A stretch of DNA of 64,000 nt from a virus. Its lineage: Duplodnaviria > Caudoviricetes. The stretch is from IMG/VR virus record IMGVR_UViG_3300020577_009596, positions 1 through 64,000 of that record; one strand, written 5' to 3'. A program made the translations under genes and the position numbers. This document shows, piece by piece, positions 27,948 to 37,437 of the stretch (its first letter is position 1; each line of letters starts with the position of its first letter). The notes under the pieces were generated by a model. The model did no database searches and was not told where the DNA came from. It worked only from the letters and a program-made list of their open reading frames with translations.

Positions 27948-28244
27948 TCACTTGAGCACCCTCGCGAGGTTGGCGACCCAGCCCCTGTAAGCCGTCACCG
28001 CGTTCTCGAGCGTCAGCTCCCGACGCCCCTGCCCGTCGTCCTCCAGCTCGCCGATCTCGCCGCCGTTCTCGCTCTCCCACACGCAGCACTCGCCGACTCT
28101 GAGCCACGACGTGTCGTTCGCGTAGCCGACCTCGACCGGCGGGGGCGTTCCGTCAGTCTCGTAGAACTGCGGGAGCCAGTCCCTCAGCTGGGAGGCGACC
28201 TCGTGGAGGCGGGAGTCCGGAGGCATGCTCAGAGCGTCGTGCAT
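27948..28244 (-). CDS. Hypothetical protein
   Basis: Coupled TGATG start. Confidence 0.55.
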   Translation of the reverse strand: MHDALSMPPDSRLHEVASQLRDWLPQFYETDGTPPPVEVGYANDTSWLRVGECCVWESENGGEIGELEDDGQGRRELTLENAVTAYRGWVANLARVLK

Positions 28245-29251
28245 CACCCGACCTCCTTGTTGCCGACGAACTTCTCGTCGTTGCCCAAGAACTTGTTCCC
28301 GTTCGCCTGGTAGTACCGGTTCTCCTCGCTCCACACCGGCCGGATCAGCTCCAGCACCTGGCCCGGAGGCACCGGCGGGAACGAGTCGTGGCGGAGCGTG
28401 AACACGAACATCCGCAGCATCGGGTCGTCGTGGACCTCGAGGATCTCCGCGTCCTCGGGGATGTCTCCCGTGACGTACCGACAGCCCTTGGTCAGGAACT
28501 CCAGCACCCGGCCCCGGTCGACGCCGAACGCCTTGAGACGACGCTGTCGGGACTCGAGGTATCTCCTCGCCACTTGCTCTCCCTGCTCGAAGGCCTCGCG
28601 AGCCTCAGCGAGGACCCTCCGCACCCTCCTGTCGGTCTCCGTCTCGCTCTGAGTGAGAGTCGTCAGCCCTGTCATCTCGACGTGCCTCGCCGCCCGGTAC
28701 GTCCCTCTCCGCGAGTCCGGCTCCGAGACCTCGACGAGCATCTCGCCCCGCCTCAACGCACAGGCGTCGATCCGTCCCCGGCTCCACTCGGTGATCGGGA
28801 CGAGGGTCGGCTCGTCGCCCGGCTCGTCTGGCGGCATCTCGCGGACGACCCTCACCGCCAGGACCTGACTGCCGTGCCGGACCTTGCTCCGGACGAACGA
28901 CTCGACGACCCGCTCGCTGGTCAGGTCGATCCGGCCGTCCTCGCCCCTCGCGTCGCGGAACTCGACCCCGTACAGGAGCCTACCAGGCATGACGACCGGC
29001 CTCGACGAGCACCGGATCGACTCGAGCGGGGCCTTCGAGTTCGCGATCTGCTCGTAGCTCATCGTGACGACCGGGACCCGCTCCCCCTCCGCCGTCGCGA
29101 CGCACATACCCTCAGCCGCAGCCTCCTGCCAAGAGGTCAGGAACCCCTGACTCTCGAGGCGTCGGTCTAGGTCCTCGCCCCGGCACGGCCCGCACAGGCC
29201 CTCCGTGAGGTCGGCCTCTCCGGTCGGCAGCTGACATCTCGAGCAGATCAT
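28244..29251 (-). CDS. Hypothetical protein with N-terminal CxxC...CxxC
   Basis: Start MICSRC after GGAGG RBS; the longer ORF-track start is spurious. Confidence 0.6.
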   Translation of the reverse strand: MICSRCQLPTGEADLTEGLCGPCRGEDLDRRLESQGFLTSWQEAAAEGMCVATAEGERVPVVTMSYEQIANSKAPLESIRCSSRPVVMPGRLLYGVEFRDARGEDGRIDLTSERVVESFVRSKVRHGSQVLAVRVVREMPPDEPGDEPTLVPITEWSRGRIDACALRRGEMLVEVSEPDSRRGTYRAARHVEMTGLTTLTQSETETDRRVRRVLAEAREAFEQGEQVARRYLESRQRRLKAFGVDRGRVLEFLTKGCRYVTGDIPEDAEILEVHDDPMLRMFVFTLRHDSFPPVPPGQVLELIRPVWSEENRYYQANGNKFLGNDEKFVGNKEVG

Positions 29252-29271
29252 CTCTCGCCCTCCTATAAGAG

Positions 29272-29619
29272 TTATACCCGCCTCCGGCCCCGCCGGTAGA
29301 GCGGGACGAGGCCCTTGCGGTGCTGGGACTTGGTCTTGCGCTGGCTCTCGAACCAGTCGAGAGGGAGCACGCTGACGATCGTCGTGAACGAGACCCCCAC
29401 CTCGGGGACGTCCCTCACCGCCACGATCATCACCGTCGTCCCCTCGACGACCGCGGTCTTGTCGACCATCTCGGTCTGACTGACCTGCTTGCGGATCCAC
29501 GCCGGGGCGGGCGAGCTCCGGCGGAACATCGCCACGACCTCCTCGGTCATCGACCGCGGCCCGAACCGCTCGCGGTACCGCTGGAGGGCGTGGTCGGACA
29601 CCTTGACGACCTGCTGCAT
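29272..29619 (-). CDS. Hypothetical (SDHALQRYRER, RelE-like fold)
   Basis: Motif common in phage RelE-like small proteins. Confidence 0.5.
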   Translation of the reverse strand: MQQVVKVSDHALQRYRERFGPRSMTEEVVAMFRRSSPAPAWIRKQVSQTEMVDKTAVVEGTTVMIVAVRDVPEVGVSFTTIVSVLPLDWFESQRKTKSQHRKGLVPLYRRGRRRV

Positions 29620-29640
29620 GGGAGAGACTCCGAGTCACGG

Positions 29641-30423
29641 TCACGGGATCAAGATTCCGCCGCCCCCGCCCGTGAGTCCCGTCCCGCCGAGGACGTCGCT
29701 CGGCAGGTAGACCATCGAGCCGAAGTCCCACGTCACCAGTCCGAGCTGCTGGACCGGGCAGGTGATCGTCAGGGACGACCCGGAGAGCGGCCAGTTCGGC
29801 AGGTTCACGCTCCTGGCGTACAGCGTGCCGTGGTTCGCGACGCTGCCCTGGGACCCGCTGACTGACGAGACCGGTGCCTGCACGAGGGCGAGGAACCCCG
29901 GCACGGACTCGACGGTCCCGTAGTTGAGCAGGATCGCGGGCGACGACGAGCTCTGCAGGGTGAGCACGTCCGTCATCCGCATCGTACCGCTGTTCGTCAC
30001 CATCAGGCTGTCGATCGTGACGGTGCCGACTCCCCACGTCGTGCCGGAGTCGATCGTGATCGAGCCGTTCGAGCCGGTCTTGGTGTAACGCTCCGTGCTC
30101 CCGACCCAGACCCCGCCGCTGAACGTCAGGGTCGACGCCACCGCGAACTGCATGCCCCGCGGCACGCCCGAGGCGATCGTCACCGGGCTGTTCACCAGCA
30201 GCCACGTCGTCAGTCCCTGGTTGTCCAGTGCCCCGACCTGCACGGTATGGTCCGCGGTCACGTCGCCTGTCCCGAGCGGGAAGGTCACGTCCGCTCCGCT
30301 CGCAGGGACCACGCCTCCGACCCACTTGGTCGCGTCCGACCAGTTGCCGCTGCTGCCGCCCCAAGTCGCCGGGACGTCCCGCTCCTCGAGGCTCTCCACC
30401 GCCAGTCGCATCCTCTTCATCAC
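29641..30423 (-). CDS. Planctomycete-type secreted beta-helix protein
   Basis: N-terminal RLAVESLEERDVPA motif, WGGSSGNWSDATKW autotransporter-like repeat. Confidence 0.75.
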   Translation of the reverse strand: MMKRMRLAVESLEERDVPATWGGSSGNWSDATKWVGGVVPASGADVTFPLGTGDVTADHTVQVGALDNQGLTTWLLVNSPVTIASGVPRGMQFAVASTLTFSGGVWVGSTERYTKTGSNGSITIDSGTTWGVGTVTIDSLMVTNSGTMRMTDVLTLQSSSSPAILLNYGTVESVPGFLALVQAPVSSVSGSQGSVANHGTLYARSVNLPNWPLSGSSLTITCPVQQLGLVTWDFGSMVYLPSDVLGGTGLTGGGGGILIP

Positions 30424-30770
30424 GATCTCCCTGGGTTGATAGGCCGTCCGTATCCTACCGCGGAGGTCACCACCTGACGTGGAGGCGGCACCATCGTCCG
30501 TCGACGAAGTACAGGCCCCGGAGCAGGTGGCCGTGCGTCGGGTGGGGCTCCAGCGTCCGGAGGTACCGGAGCTGCTGGCACAGGCTCGTCCACGGGTCTC
30601 CTCGCATCGCTCGCCTCCTCTACACGACTCGCTGGAAGTAGACCCGGCGCGAGCCGTACGCGGACATCGTCCGGTCGACGTACCGCCAGACGGCGTCAGG
30701 GTCTGAGAACCGACGGGTCCAGGGCGGGATCGGGTCCCCGTCGATCGAGAGCGAGTAGGTCACGGCCACC

Positions 30771-31223
30771 TCACTTGACGAAGATGTGCATGTACCGTCG
30801 GCCGTCCGCCCCGTAAGCGACCGCGGCCCCGGCTCGAGCGTAGCCGTCGTACGTGCAGCAGGACGCCCATCCCCAGCTCGGGTCCAACGCCCCGCACCCC
30901 GCAGCCGAGGCCGACGAGCCCGGAGGCAGGAAGCTGAAGTCGTTCTTGGTGTGTCCCGCGATCCGGAGAGACGCCCGGAAGGACGCGGCCCGCTCGGCGG
31001 CGAGGGTCAGCCCCTCGTCCCTCAGGTACGGCCTCAGCCCCCGAGCGGCGCGGGCCGCGTTAACCTCGGACAGGGCGTCGCCGGAGGGTGCCGGAGTGGT
31101 CGCCCCGACGTACTCGACGGCTCGAGGGGCCTCGCAGGAGGCGACGCGGCGGGACCGGCGGCCGAGGGCCGGGGAGTCGCCCGCGACGAGCGAGAGGGCG
31201 ACGAGGGCGGTCAGGAGACGCAT
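30771..31223 (-). CDS. Secreted CAP/SCP-domain protein
   Basis: Signal peptide; VNAARAARGLRP..DEGLTLAA...GH. Confidence 0.7.
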   Translation of the reverse strand: MRLLTALVALSLVAGDSPALGRRSRRVASCEAPRAVEYVGATTPAPSGDALSEVNAARAARGLRPYLRDEGLTLAAERAASFRASLRIAGHTKNDFSFLPPGSSASAAGCGALDPSWGWASCCTYDGYARAGAAVAYGADGRRYMHIFVK

Positions 31224-31262
31224 GGGGAGTCCTCATAGGAAGACGAGTTGGTCGGTTAAGAC

Positions 31263-31598
31263 TCACTTACCGATCTTTTCTCTGAGCACGTCCGCCTCGA
31301 GTCGCGACCGAGCGGCAGCCTTCTCAGCCATCATCCACACAGCGACCTGCGCACCGACTTTGGTCCTGTAGACGTGGCCGCGACCGACAGGAGTGCTATC
31401 GTTGATCGTGAGCCCGTCGTGAGATGGATACCGAAACCACAGGTCTGGCTGACCCGGATTGGCGTCACGCTTGATGACCTCGGCTTGCCACACGTCACCG
31501 TACCCGGTCTGGCTTGTGAGCCAGAACTTATCGCCCACTTCTGGGCGAAAATCTGCGGGTAGTGGAGCAAATAGAAACAGAACGATCGACGCGACCAT
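31263..31598 (-). CDS. Hypothetical protein
   Basis: ORF with hydrophobic N-terminus. Confidence 0.45.
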   Translation of the reverse strand: MVASIVLFLFAPLPADFRPEVGDKFWLTSQTGYGDVWQAEVIKRDANPGQPDLWFRYPSHDGLTINDSTPVGRGHVYRTKVGAQVAVWMMAEKAAARSRLEADVLREKIGK

Positions 31599-31700
31599 CC
31601 GATTCACCTCTCTACTTAGGGAGACGGGGTCGGAGCCGCCCACCGACTGGGAGACCCCGACCCCGAGGGAAGGGCGACCGTCAGACTGGGATCACCTCCT

Positions 31701-31970
31701 TCAACGGGTGAAGAATCGGAATCGGGTCGACGTGGAGGTCCGGCAGCTCCCCGACGAGCATCCGGACGCGAGGGCGGTCGGTGCCGCGACCGGGGCTGCC
31801 GTCTTGGGCTCGGCCTTCGGCGCGGGGGTCTTGGGGGCCGGCGCCGGCGAGGTCTGAACCGTCACGACCTTATTCGTCGTCACGCTCCGAGACCGGCTCG
31901 CGAGGCGGCACTTGGCGTCGGCTGCGGTCCCGGTCAGGAGCACTGTGGCCAGGGTCAGGATCGTCTTCAT
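31701..31970 (-). CDS. Small secreted Cys-motif peptide
   Basis: Signal peptide; C-terminal SGCSSGSC...RFRFFTR. Confidence 0.65.
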   Translation of the reverse strand: MKTILTLATVLLTGTAADAKCRLASRSRSVTTNKVVTVQTSPAPAPKTPAPKAEPKTAAPVAAPTALASGCSSGSCRTSTSTRFRFFTR

Positions 31971-32137
31971 CGTCTTCTCCTCCAGAGGGTACAGGGTGTC
32001 CCGTCAGCCGTGACGGGAAGCGATCTGCGTCTCTCCGCTGATCAGTACGCCACGTCTACATTCTCGGCAGGCGGGAGCTCCGAACTCGCCGTCTCACCGA
32101 CTTGGCTCCGGGACGTTCCGGAGTGCTCTCACGTGAG

Positions 32138-32437
32138 TCAGGCCGCCACCGCCGCGAGGGCCTTGAACTCCTTCCGCTCCTGGCCCTCCATCTTGACGAG
32201 GCCGTTGGTCTCGACGTGACCGACCATCTTCTCGACGATCAGTCGGCGGAGCGGCTTGCCCTTGAGCTGCTCTCGTGCCGAGTTCAGGAGGGAGACCGAG
32301 TCCTTCTGCTTGTCTCCGGTCAGCGTCAGGTTCTTCGACACCTTGTTGAACAGGCTGTCCAGCAACTTCTTCAGCAGCTCCCCGAGGAGCGGTCCGAAGA
32401 TCTTCATCAGCTCGGCGATGATCGCAACCCAGGTCAT
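32138..32437 (-). CDS. Amphipathic small protein (possible lysis accessory)
   Basis: N-terminal amphipathic helix. Confidence 0.55.
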   Translation of the reverse strand: MTWVAIIAELMKIFGPLLGELLKKLLDSLFNKVSKNLTLTGDKQKDSVSLLNSAREQLKGKPLRRLIVEKMVGHVETNGLVKMEGQERKEFKALAAVAA

Positions 32438-32479
32438 CTGATCTCCTCGTTGTGGTTGGGCGACGAGACTATCCTACCC

Positions 32480-32959
32480 TCACCAGCGGCGGAAGAACCC
32501 GCGGGAGTAGGTCACGCGGCCGGAGGAGCACTGGCCGCTCGCACAGCCGCTAGTGGTGCCAGGACTGGCCGCAGCGGGGACAGGAGTGGACGTGACCTCC
32601 GGGGACGTACCCGCGGACGACCCAGGTCCCGCTCCCGGCGGCTGAGGTGTGCCCGCACCGAGGGCAGGTATGGTCTGCGTGGTAGCCGAACGGAGTTTTC
32701 CCGCTTGCGTCGGGGTACCTCCGGACCCCAGCCCGCAGGCGCGGCACTCGCACTCGCCCTTGTAGCAGAGACAGTCCCCCGTCCTCGCGCAGCCGCAGCT
32801 GGTCCGGACGACGGGGGTCGGCTTGGCGGGCTGGGGGGCGGTGGACGCCTCGCGGAGTCGACGGGCGCGGCTCAGCTCGAGGAGGACGGCCGGGTCCGGC
32901 GGCTCGGCGAGGGCCGCAGACGGGACGAGGAGGGCGAGGGCGGTCAGCAGTCGACGCAT
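32480..32959 (-). CDS. Secreted Cys-rich protein with candidate -1 frameshift
   Basis: Signal peptide, CGC..CLC..CECRAC, in-frame G GGA AAA at 32696-32702. Confidence 0.65.
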   Translation of the reverse strand: MRRLLTALALLVPSAALAEPPDPAVLLELSRARRLREASTAPQPAKPTPVVRTSCGCARTGDCLCYKGECECRACGLGSGGTPTQAGKLRSATTQTIPALGAGTPQPPGAGPGSSAGTSPEVTSTPVPAAASPGTTSGCASGQCSSGRVTYSRGFFRRW

Positions 32960-33037
32960 GGCGAGACCCCGTGCGGGTCCCCCTGGCACCCTCTATAGTA
33001 GCGTCTCCGACCCCGATCTGGAAAAGTTTCAGACTCC

Positions 33038-33073
33038 GGCTTTACTTCTCCCGATTAAGGGTTATACTCTTAG
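33038..33073 (+). promoter_or_regulatory. Phage early-type promoter repeat
   Basis: GCTTTACTTCTCCCGATTAAGGGTTATACTCTTA, identical core to the copies near 63.1 and 63.8 kb. Confidence 0.85.
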
Positions 33074-33107
33074 GTAGTACGAGCGACACCTGACCAGGAG
33101 ACGAGCC

Positions 33108-33347
33108 ATGAACGCGAACATCAAAGCCGCCGAACTCAAGACCCGCCTGTTCAACCTGATCGCGGAATACAAGACGCTTCAACTCGCCGTGAACGTGGCG
33201 GAAGCCGACTTCGACGCGAAGCTCGAGGCTGGCCAGCAGATTGACGCGACGGCGGCGGCTCTGGCGAACGTCTACGAGAACCTCGGCGACCTGTTCCACG
33301 ACGCGGCCCGCGATCCGAAGGACCAGTCGTTCGCATTCTCAATCTGA
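33108..33347 (+). CDS. Hypothetical early protein
   Basis: AGGAG RBS, first gene after promoter. Confidence 0.6.
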   Translation: MNANIKAAELKTRLFNLIAEYKTLQLAVNVAEADFDAKLEAGQQIDATAAALANVYENLGDLFHDAARDPKDQSFAFSI

Positions 33348-33428
33348 GGCCGAAACCGGGTCCGCCCGGTCCACCCGTGAGGCGGGTGCTGATGAGGCCG
33401 AATCACCCCGAACAAACTGGAGACGACA

Positions 33429-33613
33429 TGACGACGACGAGTATCAAGATTCGTGTCGAGAAGTGCATTGACTCGGATGAATGGGTCTGGTCGCTATTGG
33501 ACGAGTACAACGGCGTCCGCCGAGACGGTTACTCGGCAACCGAAGCCCAAGCATACCGAGACGCAAAGCAAGCCCGTCAGGAAGAGATGGAATGGCTGAA
33601 CTCGGATAACTGA
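33429..33613 (+). CDS. Hypothetical early protein
   Basis: GGAG RBS; WVWSL...GYSATEAQA. Confidence 0.55.
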
Positions 33614-33668
33614 TCCGCCTCATTTCACGCCGCCGGCAACGCGCCGGTGGCATTACAAGGAGCGAAAC

Positions 33669-33866
33669 GTGACCAAGAAGGCATCCACCATCAGAAACAT
33701 CAAGGTTCACGGCGCAGACCGGCGTGCGGTCTTCACGCCCGCCCACGGCGGGTACGAGTATGCCGTAAGCGGCCCCGTTTCGACCATCGAAGGATGGGTT
33801 CAGGGCGACATCAAGGACGCAGTGGCCGAAGCTGTCAAACACGCCGAAGAGAAAATCCCGAAGTGA
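33669..33866 (+). CDS. Hypothetical early protein
   Basis: AAGGAG RBS. Confidence 0.55.
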   Translation: MTKKASTIRNIKVHGADRRAVFTPAHGGYEYAVSGPVSTIEGWVQGDIKDAVAEAVKHAEEKIPK

Positions 33867-34204
33867 TCCCCGTGCCGTCAGCGACCGCGCCCCGGTGCAA
33901 CGCCGGGGCATTGTGGACGAACACCCAACCGGAGAACGACGATGCCGAAACTTGTAGCCCTTGACTCTGGCGAACGTCTGGAATGCGGCAAGGAGACGAA
34001 CGACGGCGTGTGGACCGACGCCGGTCTCATCCCGTGGGAATGGGTGGATGGGTTCTTCTGCTGGCACTGCGTGACCGGCCGCTATATGTTCGTCCCGAAG
34101 TGATTCCCCTTTACCCGCTTCACAGAGGCCAAGGAAGCGGGTAAGGCGTACTCCCGAATCTACGTCGGGAGTCGGTCGTCGCTGATAATAGATCCCAGAT
34201 CTCA

Positions 34205-35179
34205 TCAGACGTACCAGCTGAAGACGTCCTGCACCTCCGGCTGCACAACCACTCCGCCCTCGAGGTGGCTCAGGGCGAACACCTCCGCGTCGTAGCCGAA
34301 CATCCGCTTGAAGTCGTCCTCGAGCACGAACGTCGAGTTGACGGTCTGGTCCGGCAGGGTCGGGTAGACCGACCGGGGCCAGTTGTTGCCGACCTTGTAC
34401 ATCGGCCCTAGGACCGCGTCGTCGACCACGCCCGTGCAGTACTGCTGGTGGCCACCGCTGCTGTCCCACTTGCCGACGACGTACCGCTTGCCGCCCGCCC
34501 CGGCCACGATCCGGCCGTTGCCGATGTACCGCGAGCAGGCGACCGTCAGCGGACTCCCGTTGGCGAGGGCGGCGCGGGCCTGGACGACGTCCCGGACCTC
34601 CTGACCCGACCCGAGCGGACGCGGCAGGGCCTCGTCGTCGTACGAGGCGACCAGCTGCGAGCCGCCGTCCGACCAGTCCAGCTCCTGTTTGCTCGTCAGC
34701 ACGAGGCCGTCGTCGGCCTTGAATCCGGGCACGCCCTGGGCGACCGCCTCCCGAGCGTCCGGCACGCCGTACCGCTTGAGGGCCTGGAAGAACGTCGAGC
34801 CGAGGCTCCCCTCGCCCCGGCCGCGGAACCCGGCGATGAACCGGCTCCGGCCGTAAGGGTGAGGCCACCACGGGAGGAACGCCCGCGTCGCACCCTTGGT
34901 GAGGAGTCGCTGGACGCATATCAGGGTGAAGAGGGCGTTGCCGCCTCCCGCCCCGACGCAGCTCCCCGTCAGCTGGTGGAACCGGTCGAAGGCGAGGCCG
35001 ACGTCGGCCACCACGTCCGGGTGCGACCAGCCCATGTCGAGCTGGATGTTCAGCGGCCCCGTCGGGATGTCCGACGCGCCGAGGGCGAACTTTGGCATCG
35101 CAGCCATCGCCGCGTCGTGGGCGTCCGACTGCTCCTTGGTGCGGTCCTTGGGCTCGATCCAGCCGAGGTTCGGGTTCAT
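34205..35179 (-). CDS. Papain-like (C1-type) cysteine peptidase
   Basis: QLTGSCVG catalytic Cys, GGHQQY His, VGNNW Asn. Confidence 0.7.
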   Translation of the reverse strand: MNPNLGWIEPKDRTKEQSDAHDAAMAAMPKFALGASDIPTGPLNIQLDMGWSHPDVVADVGLAFDRFHQLTGSCVGAGGGNALFTLICVQRLLTKGATRAFLPWWPHPYGRSRFIAGFRGRGEGSLGSTFFQALKRYGVPDAREAVAQGVPGFKADDGLVLTSKQELDWSDGGSQLVASYDDEALPRPLGSGQEVRDVVQARAALANGSPLTVACSRYIGNGRIVAGAGGKRYVVGKWDSSGGHQQYCTGVVDDAVLGPMYKVGNNWPRSVYPTLPDQTVNSTFVLEDDFKRMFGYDAEVFALSHLEGGVVVQPEVQDVFSWYV

Positions 35180-35285
35180 AAGAGGCTCCTGATCAGGCGG
35201 TTGAGGTAGAGGACGACGATCGTCATCGACGCCGCAGCGAGTGCCGCGACGTAGACGATCAGCAGCAGGTGCTTGACCCGACGGA

Positions 35286-35999
35286 TCACTTGGCGAGGGC
35301 CTCCAGCGCGGAGGCCACCGCCCCGAACTCGGCCGCGGCCAGCTTCCGGTCGAGGACGGTCTTGCGGTCGGTCGGGATGCGGCCGTCGAGGTGCTTGGCG
35401 ATCACGAGCCGGACCCCTTGCAGGTCGGTCTGGCCCATCAGCTTGGCGTTGGTCGTCGAGACGTCGGTGAATACGTCGGCCCAGGTCGACCCCGGCTTGT
35501 ACTCGGCGAGGTACTCGGGGGACGCCGTCGCCCGCCAGAGCTGGGCCAGCTTCTTAGCGAGCACCGCCTTGGCCAGCGGCTCGGTCGAGTCCCGGTCGTA
35601 GGCGGCCTTGACGTCCGAGTTGAGGGTCGACGCCGGTCCGGGCGGTCCGACCGACCCCGTGATCGTCACCGTCACGTCCGCGAGGGCCACGTCGTCGCCG
35701 CTCGGGGCGAGGGCCGTCAGCGAGTAGGTCCCCGGCAACGCCCAGACGCCCAGACTCTTGCCGTCCGGGGACAAGGGGACCGCGTCGACCCCCGCCGGGA
35801 ACCGCCACGTGACCTTCTTCGCGGTCGTCTTCACCGTCACGACGCACTTCTTGCCGACGTCCGCGGTCACGGGCTGGACGGCCTCGATCGTCACCAGAGC
35901 GGCGACCGGCGGCACGTCGGACTTCGGGATCGGGTCGGCCCCGCGGGCGAGGGCCACCACGGTCAGGGCCGTGGCGACCGCCAGATACAGCTTCCTCAC
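35286..35999 (-). CDS. Secreted protein with Ig-like N-terminal region
   Basis: Signal peptide, PGTYSL motif, Pro linker. Confidence 0.6.
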   Translation of the reverse strand: MRKLYLAVATALTVVALARGADPIPKSDVPPVAALVTIEAVQPVTADVGKKCVVTVKTTAKKVTWRFPAGVDAVPLSPDGKSLGVWALPGTYSLTALAPSGDDVALADVTVTITGSVGPPGPASTLNSDVKAAYDRDSTEPLAKAVLAKKLAQLWRATASPEYLAEYKPGSTWADVFTDVSTTNAKLMGQTDLQGVRLVIAKHLDGRIPTDRKTVLDRKLAAAEFGAVASALEALAK

Positions 36000-36126
36000 T
36001 GACTCTCTCCCTGGTCTGGGCCGCCCTAACTCGTTGCCGGGCGGCGGGTTACGGAAACTTTGAGAAAATACCCGGAATGCGCGGCGTGTTCCGGGTCCGT
36101 TTTACGTTGAGAAGGGGTGCCGGAGG

Positions 36127-36540
36127 TCACTCCGCGGTCCACTCCCACCGCTCCCCCGCGGGCTTGGTCGGGTCCCAGGTCGGGTAGCACTTGACGAGCG
36201 GCTTGGTCGAGTTCTTGAGGAAGTCCAGGTACGACTTCACGAACGGGTCGGAGCAGTTGCACGGGTCGGGGTCGGCCGGAGGCGGCGGAGGGGGCGGGGG
36301 TCCGACCGGCGGGTCCGTCGGGGGAGGCCCGATCGGAGGCGGCGGTGGCGGGACGAGGGGCGGGTCCTCGCCGATCACCACCGAGGAGTCCAGCGGGGCC
36401 GCGGGTGCGGGCTCGGCCTTCGCCGCGTTCGCGATCAGGGTGACCTGGTCGACCAGCTCCCGCAGGACGGGCTCGAGCAGGTGCTGCTTGGGCTTGGTGG
36501 GTACTCTCTTCTTCACTGGCTTCTGAGGTGTCTTCGCCAT
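36127..36540 (-). CDS. Pro-rich hypothetical protein
   Basis: Poly-Pro linker, AAGGAG upstream. Confidence 0.55.
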   Translation of the reverse strand: MAKTPQKPVKKRVPTKPKQHLLEPVLRELVDQVTLIANAAKAEPAPAAPLDSSVVIGEDPPLVPPPPPPIGPPPTDPPVGPPPPPPPPADPDPCNCSDPFVKSYLDFLKNSTKPLVKCYPTWDPTKPAGERWEWTAE

Positions 36541-36955
36541 GGCGTTCTTCGCTCGCTCCTTGATGACGGTACTGGTCAGCCTGGCCTGTCTCGGCTGCGG
36601 TCCGGGGAGGCCGACCGGTTCCCCCCGGATCCATCGCGTGTCGCTCTCCGAGCTGGTGCGGGCCTATCGTACCTCTGGCTCCGAGCGGCGGTACGACGGC
36701 CTCACGATCCAGGTCCACGTCCCCTCGGGCGGCTGGGTCCGTCACGACGACCGGGTCGAGGCCCACCGGATCTTCGAGCACCGGCCGTACTGCGTACACC
36801 TGAGGTGCGACGCTCGCAGGCTCGACCCCTCGTCCGGCCTCGTCGTCACCGGCGTCTGCCGCGGCGTCGTCCGCGACGGGGAGGCCCGCGGGTCCGGGAT
36901 CGACTGGTACCTCGTCGTCGACGAGTGCCGGGTCACTGAGCTGCCCGACGACTGA
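36539..36955 (+). CDS. OB-fold (tRNA_anti-like) lipoprotein
   Basis: Lipobox LACLGC; VSLSELVRAY..RRYDG.TIQV..VTGVC. Confidence 0.55.
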   Translation: MAFFARSLMTVLVSLACLGCGPGRPTGSPRIHRVSLSELVRAYRTSGSERRYDGLTIQVHVPSGGWVRHDDRVEAHRIFEHRPYCVHLRCDARRLDPSSGLVVTGVCRGVVRDGEARGSGIDWYLVVDECRVTELPDD

Positions 36956-36956
36956 C

Positions 36957-37379
36957 CTACTTCTTCTCCCACCGGTCGATCGCCCGCTCGAGCCGTCCGA
37001 TCCCGTCGAGGACGGCCTTGTTCTGCTCGCGGGCCTTGCTCCGCTCCTCGCGGTACATGGACCGGTCCATCTCGCGCTGGTCCTCGTTCGACCGGATCCA
37101 CTCGTTCTGCATCTCCCGCTGGGACTGCGGGTGGACCCAGACGACCCCGTACACGAGGGCACCCACGACCCCGAGGAGGCCGAGGAGCATCAGGGTCTGG
37201 AGCGGGACCCCGCCCATCACCCGGAGCAGCCCCCCGGACTCCCGGAGTACCGAGGGGACCACTCCGTTGGGCGGGGCCTCCTGCTGCTGTTGCTGGAACG
37301 GCGGCACGTACTGGGGCGTCGTCGGCTGAGGGTACTGTGGGGGACGTTCGGTCGTCGGTGCGGGGGCGGTGTCGGGCAT
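36957..37379 (-). CDS. Single-TM protein with coiled coil (holin-like)
   Basis: LMLLGLLGVVGALVYGVVW TM segment. Confidence 0.5.
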   Translation of the reverse strand: MPDTAPAPTTERPPQYPQPTTPQYVPPFQQQQQEAPPNGVVPSVLRESGGLLRVMGGVPLQTLMLLGLLGVVGALVYGVVWVHPQSQREMQNEWIRSNEDQREMDRSMYREERSKAREQNKAVLDGIGRLERAIDRWEKK

Positions 37380-37437
37380 GAGCGGTGTCCGGCAGAGTCC
37401 CCCTGGCTTCCGACTATCTTACGGTACGGCCTCCCGC

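Noticed and set aside
31689-31701. 16S rRNA gene fragment
   Set aside because: Only 13 nt match; flanks are not rRNA-like.
31980-32137. tRNA or known ncRNA in a hairpin-rich intergenic gap
   Set aside because: Two GC hairpins, but no cloverleaf, TTC-GA T-loop or CCA and no second copy; cannot be supported.
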